Shown here one piece after another: positions 42,881 through 51,801 of a stretch of DNA of 63,042 bases (the first letter of the stretch is position 1; each line of letters opens with the position of its first letter). A program made the position numbers and the translations under genes. This stretch comes from a virus, in IMG/VR virus record IMGVR_UViG_3300038701_001110, positions 1 to 63,042 of that record; one strand, given 5' to 3'. Below the pieces are notes generated by a model. That model ran no database searches. It was not told where the DNA came from and saw nothing but the letters and a program-made list of their open reading frames with translations.

Positions 42881-43497
42881 TTCTTCAGGCGCTCCCGCAT
42901 GATGAACGCAGCGAGAAGGCCAAACACAACACAGGCGCCGATGGCCAACATCTGAGCGTTCCCGTCCAATGCTGCGACTGCGGTGACTCCGCCTACAGCG
43001 GCCGTTCCGACCTGAGCAGCGGATGCTTGCACCGTCCGAGACTGCGTGGCAGAAGTGCGTGGCTGGGTGGCCCTACGAACACCGAGGAGCCGATCAGCGC
43101 TGTATGGAGCCACGCTCACAGCGTTGCCTTGGTTGCCACCCAGCACGAGAATGTTGTTGCCGTCGATGCCGTGGTAAAAACCAACGTGCCCCTGCCAGCC
43201 GTCGCGGCTGCCGCGCCAGAAAACGACGACGTCGCCGCGCTGTGCCCGGACCAGATCGACAGGTTCACCCCACTCGAGATAGGACCGAGCGTTCAGGGCC
43301 CCGGTCCCTTGAATACCGACCTGAGCGAGAACAGACCCCACGAAAGCTGCGCACCATGGGATCTCAGAATCTACCCACCCGTGACCAGAGTCCTCAAACA
43401 TCTCCAAGATTGCCGGGTTGTTGGCTGATCCCGGAAACTCCTCGATTCCAAGGTAGGCTTCCGCGGCTTGATACACAGCAGCGTTGATGTTAGACAT
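42859..43497 (-). CDS. NlpC/P60- or CHAP-type endolysin with C-terminal hydrophobic segments, 212 aa
   Basis: Catalytic-Cys context IPWCAAFVGS and His context WQGHVGFY. The C-terminal 60 aa contain two hydrophobic stretches (VGTAAVGGVTAVAAL and MLAIGACVVFGLLAAFIM). ATG 43497 chosen behind GAAGG. Confidence 0.75.
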   Translation of the reverse strand: MSNINAAVYQAAEAYLGIEEFPGSANNPAILEMFEDSGHGWVDSEIPWCAAFVGSVLAQVGIQGTGALNARSYLEWGEPVDLVRAQRGDVVVFWRGSRDGWQGHVGFYHGIDGNNILVLGGNQGNAVSVAPYSADRLLGVRRATQPRTSATQSRTVQASAAQVGTAAVGGVTAVAALDGNAQMLAIGACVVFGLLAAFIMRERLKKWARGIR

Positions 43498-43523
43498 TGG
43501 CACACCTTCTGTAGGAGTCGTGG

Positions 43524-44051
43524 ATGGACGCGGTAGAACTTGCAACCCTTGTAGCATACGACCCGCTAACAGGGCAACTGACCTACTTGGAGAGGCCGAG
43601 AGCTTACTTCAAAAGCGATACGTCATGGAAGACTTGGAACACTAGGTTTTCAGGACGTCCTGCCATGAACGTAAAAAGTTTAAGGGGCTACCTTGTTGGG
43701 CGGGTCAACAGCGTAAGCATGAAAGCGCATCGCGCCGCATGGGCCCTCCACTATGGCGAGTGGCCAAAGCACGAGATTGATCACATCAACGGAAACAAGA
43801 TGGACAACCGCATAGAGAACCTGAGGGACGTTCAAACCCTTGAGAACGGCAAAAACAGACCAAAGCAAATAAATAACACAAGCGGGGTAACGGGCGTCGG
43901 CTACAGCCAAGCAAAAGGCAAGTGGTTTGCGCGTATAAAGGTTAACCAAAAGCTAATTCATCTCGGTCACTTCAGCACGAAAGAGGAGGCCACACACCGC
44001 AGGCTTGTGGCCGAAAGCCGTTATGGGTTCACCAAAAGGCACGGAAAGTAA
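43524..44051 (+). CDS. HNH homing endonuclease with AP2-type DNA-binding domain, 175 aa
   Basis: HEIDHINGNKMDNRIENLR (HNH core), then GVGYSQAKGKWFARIKVNQKLIHLGHFSTKEEA (AP2-like). AGGAG RBS. Opposite strand to all surrounding late genes; lower GC. Confidence 0.8.
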   Translation: MDAVELATLVAYDPLTGQLTYLERPRAYFKSDTSWKTWNTRFSGRPAMNVKSLRGYLVGRVNSVSMKAHRAAWALHYGEWPKHEIDHINGNKMDNRIENLRDVQTLENGKNRPKQINNTSGVTGVGYSQAKGKWFARIKVNQKLIHLGHFSTKEEATHRRLVAESRYGFTKRHGK

Positions 44052-44074
44052 ATCTCACGGCTCATAGCGACCTC

Positions 44075-44776
44075 TTATGCGGCAATGCTGGTCCAATCAG
44101 TGGGCGGAGAAGGCTCGACACCCTCCCACACTGTACTTGTTCCGGGGACGTTGGTCCAGCCCGTGCCCGGGGACGGCACAACTTTGCCCCAGACGGTGAC
44201 CTGACCGACCCTTCCGCTGGCGAAGACGCCTGTCGGGAAAACCCCAGTGGCCGTGCGAACACCCACCGTGCCAACAGACACTGTGGCCGAAACGCCAGTG
44301 ACAGGCGCGTAGGTTATGGTCCGAGCTGAAGCTTCTCCCAGATCCGCCGTTGCGGACACGCCTGACGGGAGCGCTGATGCGCCGCCCGCGACAGCTATTG
44401 TGCCAACCTCACCAGTGGCGGAAACGCCAGAAATAGGAACTTCTGCGGGCAGCCTGACAACCACGTCACCCACCGCGCCGGTGGAAGAGGTGCCCGTAAC
44501 GGTCGTCGCCGACCCACCCGCTATGGCCGGTGTGCCAACTGAACCGGTGGCGGAAACCCCAGACGGGGTGACGTTGACGCTCGCGACAACAGAAACAGAT
44601 ACGGAGCCAACCGCGCCAGTGGCGGACACGCCGCTAACGACAACGGGGACGGATACGAGAACATCTCCCACCGCGCCAGTGGCGGACACACCAGTGACGA
44701 GAACCGTGACGTTCGGGCTTACGACCCCGGCGTCATCCGCTAGGGGCGCGCTCGCGAGGGGTGAAAAGCCGAGCAT
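44075..44776 (-). CDS. Repeat-containing fiber-like protein, 233 aa
   Basis: At least seven copies of the motif GVSATG(A/S/E)VG. Confidence 0.75.
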   Translation of the reverse strand: MLGFSPLASAPLADDAGVVSPNVTVLVTGVSATGAVGDVLVSVPVVVSGVSATGAVGSVSVSVVASVNVTPSGVSATGSVGTPAIAGGSATTVTGTSSTGAVGDVVVRLPAEVPISGVSATGEVGTIAVAGGASALPSGVSATADLGEASARTITYAPVTGVSATVSVGTVGVRTATGVFPTGVFASGRVGQVTVWGKVVPSPGTGWTNVPGTSTVWEGVEPSPPTDWTSIAA

Positions 44777-44780
44777 CTAC

Positions 44781-45212
44781 TTACTCCGGTTCAGTGGGCC
44801 ATGTCACATTGTACGGGAAATCCACCTGCGAGGGAACATCCCTGAGCGCTTGGCGGTACGTTGCCCATGCTGCCTGATCCACAGGGGCATCAGCCACCTG
44901 CGTCCAGTCCGATTGGGCCAGTAGCGTGTCGCGCCGACTGCGGACATTACCCTCAGCGCTATCCTGAGGAAGGTTTTCCACAGTCCAACCTTGGAGCCAC
45001 GCACCGCTGACCTGCTCAAAAGGTGCAGCGGTGATCTTCTGTACAAGCGCGTCGTACGTCGGCTGCGACAGGACTGTGTAGGGATACACGTTCCAGTCAG
45101 CCAGCAGTGCATCGCTGAGTTGTTTCGGGAAACTGACATTGGGGTTATCGCGGCGCAGTTTCCCGATTGAGTAAGTCTCGGGCACGCCGTTTGTGAGTTT
45201 GAGGTAGGGCAA
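44781..45212 (-). CDS. Tail-fiber-assembly/chaperone-like protein, 143 aa
   Basis: The C-terminal pattern RRDTLLAQSDWTQ...W..YRQALRDVP is typical of Tfa-type proteins. TTG start behind AGGAGA. Confidence 0.6.
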   Translation of the reverse strand: MPYLKLTNGVPETYSIGKLRRDNPNVSFPKQLSDALLADWNVYPYTVLSQPTYDALVQKITAAPFEQVSGAWLQGWTVENLPQDSAEGNVRSRRDTLLAQSDWTQVADAPVDQAAWATYRQALRDVPSQVDFPYNVTWPTEPE

Positions 45213-45224
45213 GGTGGTCTCCTG

Positions 45225-46013
45225 TTAGGCTGAAACGGTATATTCGTTTATGTTGTCGCGTTGCTCGCCTGAAACATACATCCTCATGCCGTCGGGCTTG
45301 AAGAACAAGCCCGTAGGGGACGAATCTTCTGTTTGCACGCTAAAGTTTTGAACGTATGACGACGTAGACACATCCCAAGGAATGGAAAGATTGTACTCGT
45401 TTACATCGTCCCCGCTAATTCCCGTAACGTACATCTTTGCGCCGTCGGGCTTGAAAAACACGTCCAAGGGAATGGACTCTTGGGCGGCGACGCTATGGTC
45501 TTGAAAGTATGACGCCGTAGAGACATTCCAAGGATTGGAAAGATTGTACTCTTGTACAGACCCGCCTTGATTTACAACATACATCTTTGCGCCGTCGGGT
45601 TTGAAAAACAGGCCTCGGTTGGCAGTGACCGCGACGTTTTGAAAGTATGACGCCGTAGAGACATCCCAAGGAGTGGAAAGATTATACTCCCTTACGGTTG
45701 TCGTGCTTCTATCTACAACATACATCTTTGCGCCGTCGGGCTTGAAAAACAAGCCGAAGGGGTTGCCGCCGAGGTAAAAGGATTGAAGGAATGTTGCCGT
45801 AGATAAATCCCAAGGAGCGGAAAGATTATACTCCCTTACTCTGGTGGAGTTACTCCCCATAATATACAGCTTTGCGCCGTCGGGCATAAAAAAGATGTTC
45901 GCTGGGTTTGTGTCACCCGCTGAAATACTTTGAACGTACAACGCCGTAGAGATATTCCAGCCCTCCGCGCCCCCCGCAGCTCCTTCTGCGCCAATAGCCT
46001 TATTCCATAACAT
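45225..46013 (-). CDS. Five-bladed repeat (beta-propeller-like) virion protein, 262 aa
   Basis: Five units of about 47 aa: FFKPDGAKMYV...EYNLS.PWDVSTASY.Q. Confidence 0.75.
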   Translation of the reverse strand: MLWNKAIGAEGAAGGAEGWNISTALYVQSISAGDTNPANIFFMPDGAKLYIMGSNSTRVREYNLSAPWDLSTATFLQSFYLGGNPFGLFFKPDGAKMYVVDRSTTTVREYNLSTPWDVSTASYFQNVAVTANRGLFFKPDGAKMYVVNQGGSVQEYNLSNPWNVSTASYFQDHSVAAQESIPLDVFFKPDGAKMYVTGISGDDVNEYNLSIPWDVSTSSYVQNFSVQTEDSSPTGLFFKPDGMRMYVSGEQRDNINEYTVSA

Positions 46014-47068
46014 CAGCTACCATCCCCCACCAGAGCGCCGTAAAGCGTCGTCGATACTTTCCAGAGAGCAATGACCGTGTATCCCGTCGTGGCGAGCGTC
46101 GGGGCAGAACCGCCGTTGTTGACCCATGTGACCGACATGCTGGTGGCCCAGTTAATCGTGTAAGCCGTCCCGTCGTCGATCATCAGCGTGATCGCTTCGC
46201 CAGCAGAGAGGCTGTCAGTGGGCGTGGAGTTCCCCGACAAGGTCCATGTCTGCACCGTCCCGTTGGACGGGTCGAGCGCTGGTGTCGTGCCGCTGAGCGC
46301 GTAGACAGTTTCGGTGACCCCGCCGCCAAGCGTCGTGTCGCCATTGACATGGAGCAACGTGCTCGGACTACTTGTGCCGATGCCGACGTTGCCGCTAGTG
46401 TCGATACGCATGGACTCGGCAAATGCGGCGTCGAGGCGACGGCGGAAGACGGTCTCCCCTGTGCCGGTCGCACCACCAGCGGTGATGTACATGTTCCCCG
46501 CGTTCGTGGCGTGGTCTTTGCCATATATGGTGATCGACGCCCCGTCTGTGTTCGAGGTTCCACCTGTGATGGAAACACCAAGCGAGGTGGAGGACGATTG
46601 GCCGATCCCCCTGAGGTTGCCGAAAAAACTCAGATCACCACCAAGACTCGTGTTGCCAATGACGGACAGTTTCTCGCTCGGACTGCTCGTACCAACGCCA
46701 ACCCTGTCGTTGGCGCTATCCACATAGAGCGTGTTGGTGTCCACCGTGAGACCAGCGAAAGTCGGGCTGTCCGTCGTCGCCACGCCCTGATCTATGGCAT
46801 CAAGCTTGGTCTCATCTGCCGTCGTGAAAGACGCCGTCGTGTTCTGGAGGACGGAGGAGTAGGCTTGGACAGTCGAACCAATGTCCGAAGACACCAGATA
46901 GCCACCTGTGTCGATGACGTAGCCAAGGCTCGTCCACGCCGTGGTTCCGTCCCCAATCTTCACCTTATCGGTGTCGGTCTCGTAACCGATCTCCCCCTGC
47001 GCAAGCGTAGGGTTTGCGCTGGTCCAGTTTGCAGCCGTGTCCCGGCGAACTTGAATGCGGTCAGCCAT
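46013..47068 (-). CDS. Tail fiber protein sharing a module with the 1096-aa fiber, 351 aa
   Basis: Residues about 59-235 align by eye with residues about 137-313 of 38779-42069 (QAYSSVLQNTTASFTTADETKLD.IDQGVATTDSP...). Confidence 0.8.
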   Translation of the reverse strand: MADRIQVRRDTAANWTSANPTLAQGEIGYETDTDKVKIGDGTTAWTSLGYVIDTGGYLVSSDIGSTVQAYSSVLQNTTASFTTADETKLDAIDQGVATTDSPTFAGLTVDTNTLYVDSANDRVGVGTSSPSEKLSVIGNTSLGGDLSFFGNLRGIGQSSSTSLGVSITGGTSNTDGASITIYGKDHATNAGNMYITAGGATGTGETVFRRRLDAAFAESMRIDTSGNVGIGTSSPSTLLHVNGDTTLGGGVTETVYALSGTTPALDPSNGTVQTWTLSGNSTPTDSLSAGEAITLMIDDGTAYTINWATSMSVTWVNNGGSAPTLATTGYTVIALWKVSTTLYGALVGDGS

Positions 47069-47433
47069 TATGCCGATCCCCCGTCGATGGTCTGTTCAGC
47101 CGTGTAGGTCGAGTTGGCGAAGCCGCCATCAGCAGACCTTGTGAAATCCGCCGCAGCGGCGCTTACAAACACGACTGCGGAGCCTGTCAGGTTCAGAAGC
47201 GATCCCGTGCTGCTCTCTTCAAGCGTCCGCGTCATCGTCGTCCCACTGGCCGTGTAGACGCCAGAACCGATTTCCCAAGCGCTGCCGTCCTCAATGACGT
47301 AGCGGACCGTGTCGCCATCCGACACGCCGCCATTCGCAAAGGTCTGGTAGCCCGTCTCCGCAGCGCCGAGCGTCACCGTTCCGGTGCCTGTGGTGGCCGT
47401 GGCCACCTTTACGCGGTTGACGAGCTTCACCAT
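47068..47433 (-). CDS. Virion protein, 121 aa
   Basis: TAATG junction with the downstream gene. Beta-rich G/T/S/A composition. Confidence 0.7.
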   Translation of the reverse strand: MVKLVNRVKVATATTGTGTVTLGAAETGYQTFANGGVSDGDTVRYVIEDGSAWEIGSGVYTASGTTMTRTLEESSTGSLLNLTGSAVVFVSAAAADFTRSADGGFANSTYTAEQTIDGGSA

Positions 47434-47436
47434 GGC

Positions 47437-47862
47437 TTACTCGATCCGGATGATGGCGTTCGACGCATCCGCCGTGGGCATAGTAATCACGAAGTCGCCA
47501 GCCGTGGACGTCTTGTCAGAGCCGAAGTCCAGAACCGCAACGGCCTTGTTGGCCTGCGAGGAGTTGTAGATCAGGGCTCCGCGCGCTGTGATCGTCGCGG
47601 TGGACCACGTCACGTCAGAAAAGTCCACGTAAGCAGTCGTTCCGCTCGTGCTCACCGCGCCGCCGGTCACGGTCAGGGTCTCACCGCCAGCTGTGTAGCC
47701 GGTCCCGCTGACCTCGTTAGTCGCGGAGTAGGCAGTGGTCGCTGCGCTTAAGGTGGCGCTGCTGGTGTAGAGCGCGATCTTGAAGGTGTCGGTCGTGAAG
47801 TCGTGCACGCCCTGCAGGGCTTCAGATTTGAAGCTGGTGCACATTGCTTGGGTGATGGCCAT
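47437..47862 (-). CDS. Virion protein, 141 aa
   Basis: GAGGA RBS. T/S/A-rich. Confidence 0.75.
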   Translation of the reverse strand: MAITQAMCTSFKSEALQGVHDFTTDTFKIALYTSSATLSAATTAYSATNEVSGTGYTAGGETLTVTGGAVSTSGTTAYVDFSDVTWSTATITARGALIYNSSQANKAVAVLDFGSDKTSTAGDFVITMPTADASNAIIRIE

Positions 47863-47873
47863 CTGTCAGGTCC

Positions 47874-48503
47874 TCATGGTTTGCGGTATTCGTCTCTGGA
47901 GCTGCGGGCCCCGACGGATGCGAACCGAGACAAGGCGCTTTGGTACCGGTTCGTGTACTCAGCAAGCATGTCGGCGTCACCCTTCATAAAGGTGTACGCT
48001 TCGATGAGCGTCCCGTAAAGCAGAGCCGCCTCAGCGTTCTCACCCCACCACGATGTGCTCGAGTCGACGATAGACGGCGGATCGTAGTAATAATGCAGCT
48101 CAACCGTGTAGGCTGCGTCCGGAGTCGGCGCCAGAATGAAGTTCCCCTCACTCCCGGTGCTGTCACCGTCGAATTGGGCGTAATAGCGCGGCAGCCCGCT
48201 TGTGGAGGTGCTGGGATACGCTTCGCGGATGAAGCTCACGTCCTTGTCGTAGAGGTAATAGTAGTCCCCCTCGTCATCGACGACAGCCATGGAGAACGGC
48301 GCGAGAAAGTCCGACGGTCTGGCCAGATACTGATTCCCCAGCGTTGTCGACGCTGTGGCGTTCTTCCGCAGTTCGGGGATCATCACCGAGCGGTTCAGAC
48401 GCTCTTCAGCTTGCCGAATGAACGTGTCGATCTGGGAGACGAATGTCGTCTCCTCATTCTGCACGTAGTCCTTAACGGCTTGTACCAGCTCGGTGTAGTT
48501 CAC
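47874..48503 (-). CDS. Virion protein, possibly head-tail adaptor-like, 209 aa
   Basis: GTG 48503 behind GAGG, 2 nt after the upstream stop. The N-terminal extension in the track ORF overlaps the upstream gene. Confidence 0.7.
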   Translation of the reverse strand: MNYTELVQAVKDYVQNEETTFVSQIDTFIRQAEERLNRSVMIPELRKNATASTTLGNQYLARPSDFLAPFSMAVVDDEGDYYYLYDKDVSFIREAYPSTSTSGLPRYYAQFDGDSTGSEGNFILAPTPDAAYTVELHYYYDPPSIVDSSTSWWGENAEAALLYGTLIEAYTFMKGDADMLAEYTNRYQSALSRFASVGARSSRDEYRKP

Positions 48504-48505
48504 GA

Positions 48506-48763
48506 TCAGCCTCGCGAGTAGTTGCCACCACGAGTGGCAGCGCCCATGCCGCGGCACATACCGCCGGCCTTCATGCGACGGGTCTTGCCACCGCACGCCA
48601 TCTTGCCAACCTTGCCACCCTTGCGCATATTGCGGTCTTCGCGATCCTGCGCCTCTCGTGCGGCCGCACGGTCAGCTCGGCGCTGAGCTAGGGTTGCAGC
48701 TGCGCGGTCTTCCAATTCGGCAGATCGACGGGCGGGTCGCTTGGATGAAGTCGGTGCTGGCAT
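48506..48763 (-). CDS. Highly basic Arg/Gly-rich protein, 85 aa
   Basis: ORF packed between its neighbours. R/K/A/G-rich. Confidence 0.6.
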   Translation of the reverse strand: MPAPTSSKRPARRSAELEDRAAATLAQRRADRAAAREAQDREDRNMRKGGKVGKMACGGKTRRMKAGGMCRGMGAATRGGNYSRG

Positions 48764-48764
48764 G

Positions 48765-49085
48765 TCAGCCTCCTGTTGTCACAGTGACGGTTCCTACAGA
48801 ACCTACCATACGTGTGAGTGGATTCCCAACAGGATTCCACCCGAAGAGCCCACGGCTCTCGGAAAGAGACGTGTCAGGACGGGCATCTCGGAGAGCTTGC
48901 GGGTCAACAACCCGAACGCGACCAAGGAAGTTCTGAGGATGATCCGGATCAACGACGTCCTTGCCAACGCGCATCCCGGTGCGGCGACCGTCCTTGTATT
49001 CCCATACGAGCTCATTCAGCGGGTAACGGAAACCCGTCTTGTCACAGTAGCCGAACGCGTGTTTGCCCTTAGCGTAAGCGACCAT
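48765..49085 (-). CDS. Virion protein, 106 aa
   Basis: TGATG junction with the upstream stop, giving ATG 49085. Confidence 0.7.
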   Translation of the reverse strand: MVAYAKGKHAFGYCDKTGFRYPLNELVWEYKDGRRTGMRVGKDVVDPDHPQNFLGRVRVVDPQALRDARPDTSLSESRGLFGWNPVGNPLTRMVGSVGTVTVTTGG

Positions 49086-49747
49086 CAGAAACCCCCCGGG
49101 GTGAGGTGCCACGATGCGCGCTCCTCGTCCTCGCTTGCAGCGAGAGCGAACTGACGCTCATACTCAGCCTGCAGAGACGGCGCCCGGGCAGCGGCTTCCG
49201 GCTTCTTCATGGCGATATGAAACGCGAGACCAGAAACAAGCGCAGGAATAAATCGCGGCGGGACAGCAGCGGAACCAGAAATCCCAGAGCTGAGACCGTC
49301 TATTCCTTTGAGGCGGTAATACGCCAAACTGTACTCACCAGAGCTCGGCACTGGCCACACTGTCGCTGTGACGCTCGTTGCCCCACGGTTCACGTAGATC
49401 TGGGTCGGCCGCCCCTGCAGGTTCTTGTTGGTCTGCTGGGAATATGTCGCGACGCTGATGCGCTCCAGCGCTGTGTCGATCTGATTTGTACCAGATCCTG
49501 TACGCAGCTGATGCTCGATCAGATCAATCGTGTCGGTCGGCATGGTGTACGTCGCCGTACCCTCGGTGAGAGCCTGTGTCCCAGACTCAATGGTGAAGAG
49601 GTTAAGCCCGCGGTTCTGCCACTCGAGCGTGAGCATGTTCAGACTACGCCGGGCAGTCTTCAGGTCATAACCGGTCCGCATATCAAGGCCGGCGCGCTCA
49701 AACGCTTCCTCGAAGAGTTCCGAAATGTCAGGGACGACGACTGCCAT
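49085..49747 (-). CDS. Virion structural protein, 220 aa
   Basis: Translationally coupled to both neighbours. Function not assigned. Confidence 0.8.
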   Translation of the reverse strand: MAVVVPDISELFEEAFERAGLDMRTGYDLKTARRSLNMLTLEWQNRGLNLFTIESGTQALTEGTATYTMPTDTIDLIEHQLRTGSGTNQIDTALERISVATYSQQTNKNLQGRPTQIYVNRGATSVTATVWPVPSSGEYSLAYYRLKGIDGLSSGISGSAAVPPRFIPALVSGLAFHIAMKKPEAAARAPSLQAEYERQFALAASEDEERASWHLTPGGF

Positions 49748-51792
49748 TAGCCTCTCCTTAGGGCCCCGAGCCCTCGAGCGTATGGGTTATACCGAGCATA
49801 GTAGGTTCCCGGGGTGAACGCATTGTTCATCGACGGGCGCACAGCGCCCCCTTCTGCCATACCCATCGCTTGCCGCAAAGCGTTGTAGGAGGAGTAGCCG
49901 TACACAGGGTTCGTCGGTGCAGCGGACGGCACGTACGGGCTCAACGTCGACGGTGTGTAGTACGGCGCCGGGATGTTCGGCACGTATGGGGTCGGTTCCG
50001 TTGTGTCAGCCCCCGTTGTCGTGCCAAAAATGTACGGGTAGATGTCCTCGTAGCTCCTCCCACCCATCATGAGCATGCCCAATGTCCCAGCATACGGGTT
50101 ATTGGTCAAACGGTCACGAACGGCTTGTTGTTCAGCGGCGCTCATGGCTGCGAACTCAGCCTCTGTTGGGATAGTTGGGGACTCCGGGTATGGGCTCATC
50201 TCTGAGCCTCTACTCATCTCCTCCTGAGCGGCAAACCAATCGGAAGCTCTCGTTTCGGGATTGCGTGTATCAGCCGGGAGCATACCGTTCTCACCGAACA
50301 GTTGCCGATCCCCGCTGAACACATCTCGGATTGCACCGATACCCTGCTGGATGCCAGACATAAGCCCGAGCCCGGGCATCGTGGCGCTGCTCGGAACCAC
50401 ACCCGCGCTGTATTCGATAGGTGTGCCGCCGGAGGTGGCGTCGGTGTTCTGCGCAATGTCCTGCGCCGATATTTGAGTCGGCTGAGGGGTTGGCGTTTGA
50501 GCCGGGGTGGCTGGGGCTTGGGGCGAGGTGGCGGGGGCTTGGGTTGGGACCCCAGCATTTGCATACTGGTACATGTCCGGAGAAAGATTCTCCGACAAAC
50601 TCGCAAATTCATACGGGTTTGAGTACTCCAGCGCGGTTGTTGGAGAGGATGTCACGGGAGGCGCCGACGGGGCGTTTTGTGGGCGTGTCGATGGGCCGTA
50701 TGAAAGCTGCTGCTGCGGAGGAGTAGCGCCAATGTTGGACGTGAGCCCACCGTACACCTGCTGGGGTGTCAACGCTCGTGTTGTCGACGTGGCGCTTGCG
50801 GAAGCCACACCTTGCTGGGGATTGGCCGGGGCCGACCTGTTTAGTGCCGCGTCCGTTCGTGCCGGTAAATATGGGCCCGGTTCGATAAACGGATTAGACT
50901 GCCGAAGCGGCGTGGTCGTCATTTCCCCCATTCGCATGTCAGGGGGCAGGGCGTCGTATTGCTCCCGCACCATTTCCATTACAGCGTCATATGGGTACGC
51001 GTTTGCCGTCGCTTCAACCTGCGCTGGACGCTGCAAGGGCTTCGGGGATCTTGTCGGAGCCAGAGGTTCCAACGTGCCCATGGAAACAGGCAAACTGGCA
51101 CCATTGGGTTGCTGAGGAAAGGTGTCGAGCCGAGTACCGGATAGGGGGGCCGCCTCCTCACCAAAGCTAAACCCAACCCCGGGGAGGAGTTGCGGTGCGT
51201 AACCATTAGGCCCGGTGGGTTGTGTGGGCGCTGTGGCGCCAATGTTCGAAGTGAGCCCGCCATACACCTGCTGGGGTGTCAGCGCTTGAGGCGAGGGTTG
51301 TTGCGGAGGCGTGGCACCAATGTTCGAAGTGAGACCACCATACACCTGTTGGGGTGTCAGCGCTCGAGTCGGTTCTCGCATCAAAAATTGCGCGGTCTCC
51401 GCCGTCATCGTCCCAGCGGGGTTAAAGTTTGTGACACCTTGGTCCGCCAACATCTGAGCGATCTCAGGGGTTATGGGATCACCAACGCTATATTGGACCG
51501 GGGTCGAAAAATTAACAGGTGTCGCCATGCCGGCAGGTACGGCAGGTTGCCGCGGAGCTCTAGCAGCAAGAACCGCAAGAAGGCCATCACTAGCCGCCTT
51601 ATTTACAGCGGAACTTTGTGCAAGTGCTTGATCTATATAAGCCCTGTTGTCGGGAGCAGCCGGGGCTTTTCCTGAAACCCCGGGAGCGTAACCAGAACCA
51701 CGGTTTTGGTCGCCCATACCGCTTGGACGGACGTCATCCTTGCTGACCGGGGATCTGCCCCCGTCGCCGCGTTGTACTGGTCCTTTGACCAT
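49747..51792 (-). CDS. Pro/Gln/Ala/Thr-rich virion protein with a thrice-repeated 20-aa motif, 681 aa
   Basis: ALTPQQVYGGLTSNIGAT(P/A)P occurs three times, twice nearly in tandem and once about 180 aa later. Confidence 0.8.
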   Translation of the reverse strand: MVKGPVQRGDGGRSPVSKDDVRPSGMGDQNRGSGYAPGVSGKAPAAPDNRAYIDQALAQSSAVNKAASDGLLAVLAARAPRQPAVPAGMATPVNFSTPVQYSVGDPITPEIAQMLADQGVTNFNPAGTMTAETAQFLMREPTRALTPQQVYGGLTSNIGATPPQQPSPQALTPQQVYGGLTSNIGATAPTQPTGPNGYAPQLLPGVGFSFGEEAAPLSGTRLDTFPQQPNGASLPVSMGTLEPLAPTRSPKPLQRPAQVEATANAYPYDAVMEMVREQYDALPPDMRMGEMTTTPLRQSNPFIEPGPYLPARTDAALNRSAPANPQQGVASASATSTTRALTPQQVYGGLTSNIGATPPQQQLSYGPSTRPQNAPSAPPVTSSPTTALEYSNPYEFASLSENLSPDMYQYANAGVPTQAPATSPQAPATPAQTPTPQPTQISAQDIAQNTDATSGGTPIEYSAGVVPSSATMPGLGLMSGIQQGIGAIRDVFSGDRQLFGENGMLPADTRNPETRASDWFAAQEEMSRGSEMSPYPESPTIPTEAEFAAMSAAEQQAVRDRLTNNPYAGTLGMLMMGGRSYEDIYPYIFGTTTGADTTEPTPYVPNIPAPYYTPSTLSPYVPSAAPTNPVYGYSSYNALRQAMGMAEGGAVRPSMNNAFTPGTYYARYNPYARGLGALRRG

Positions 51793-51801
51793 ATCAGCCT
51801 C

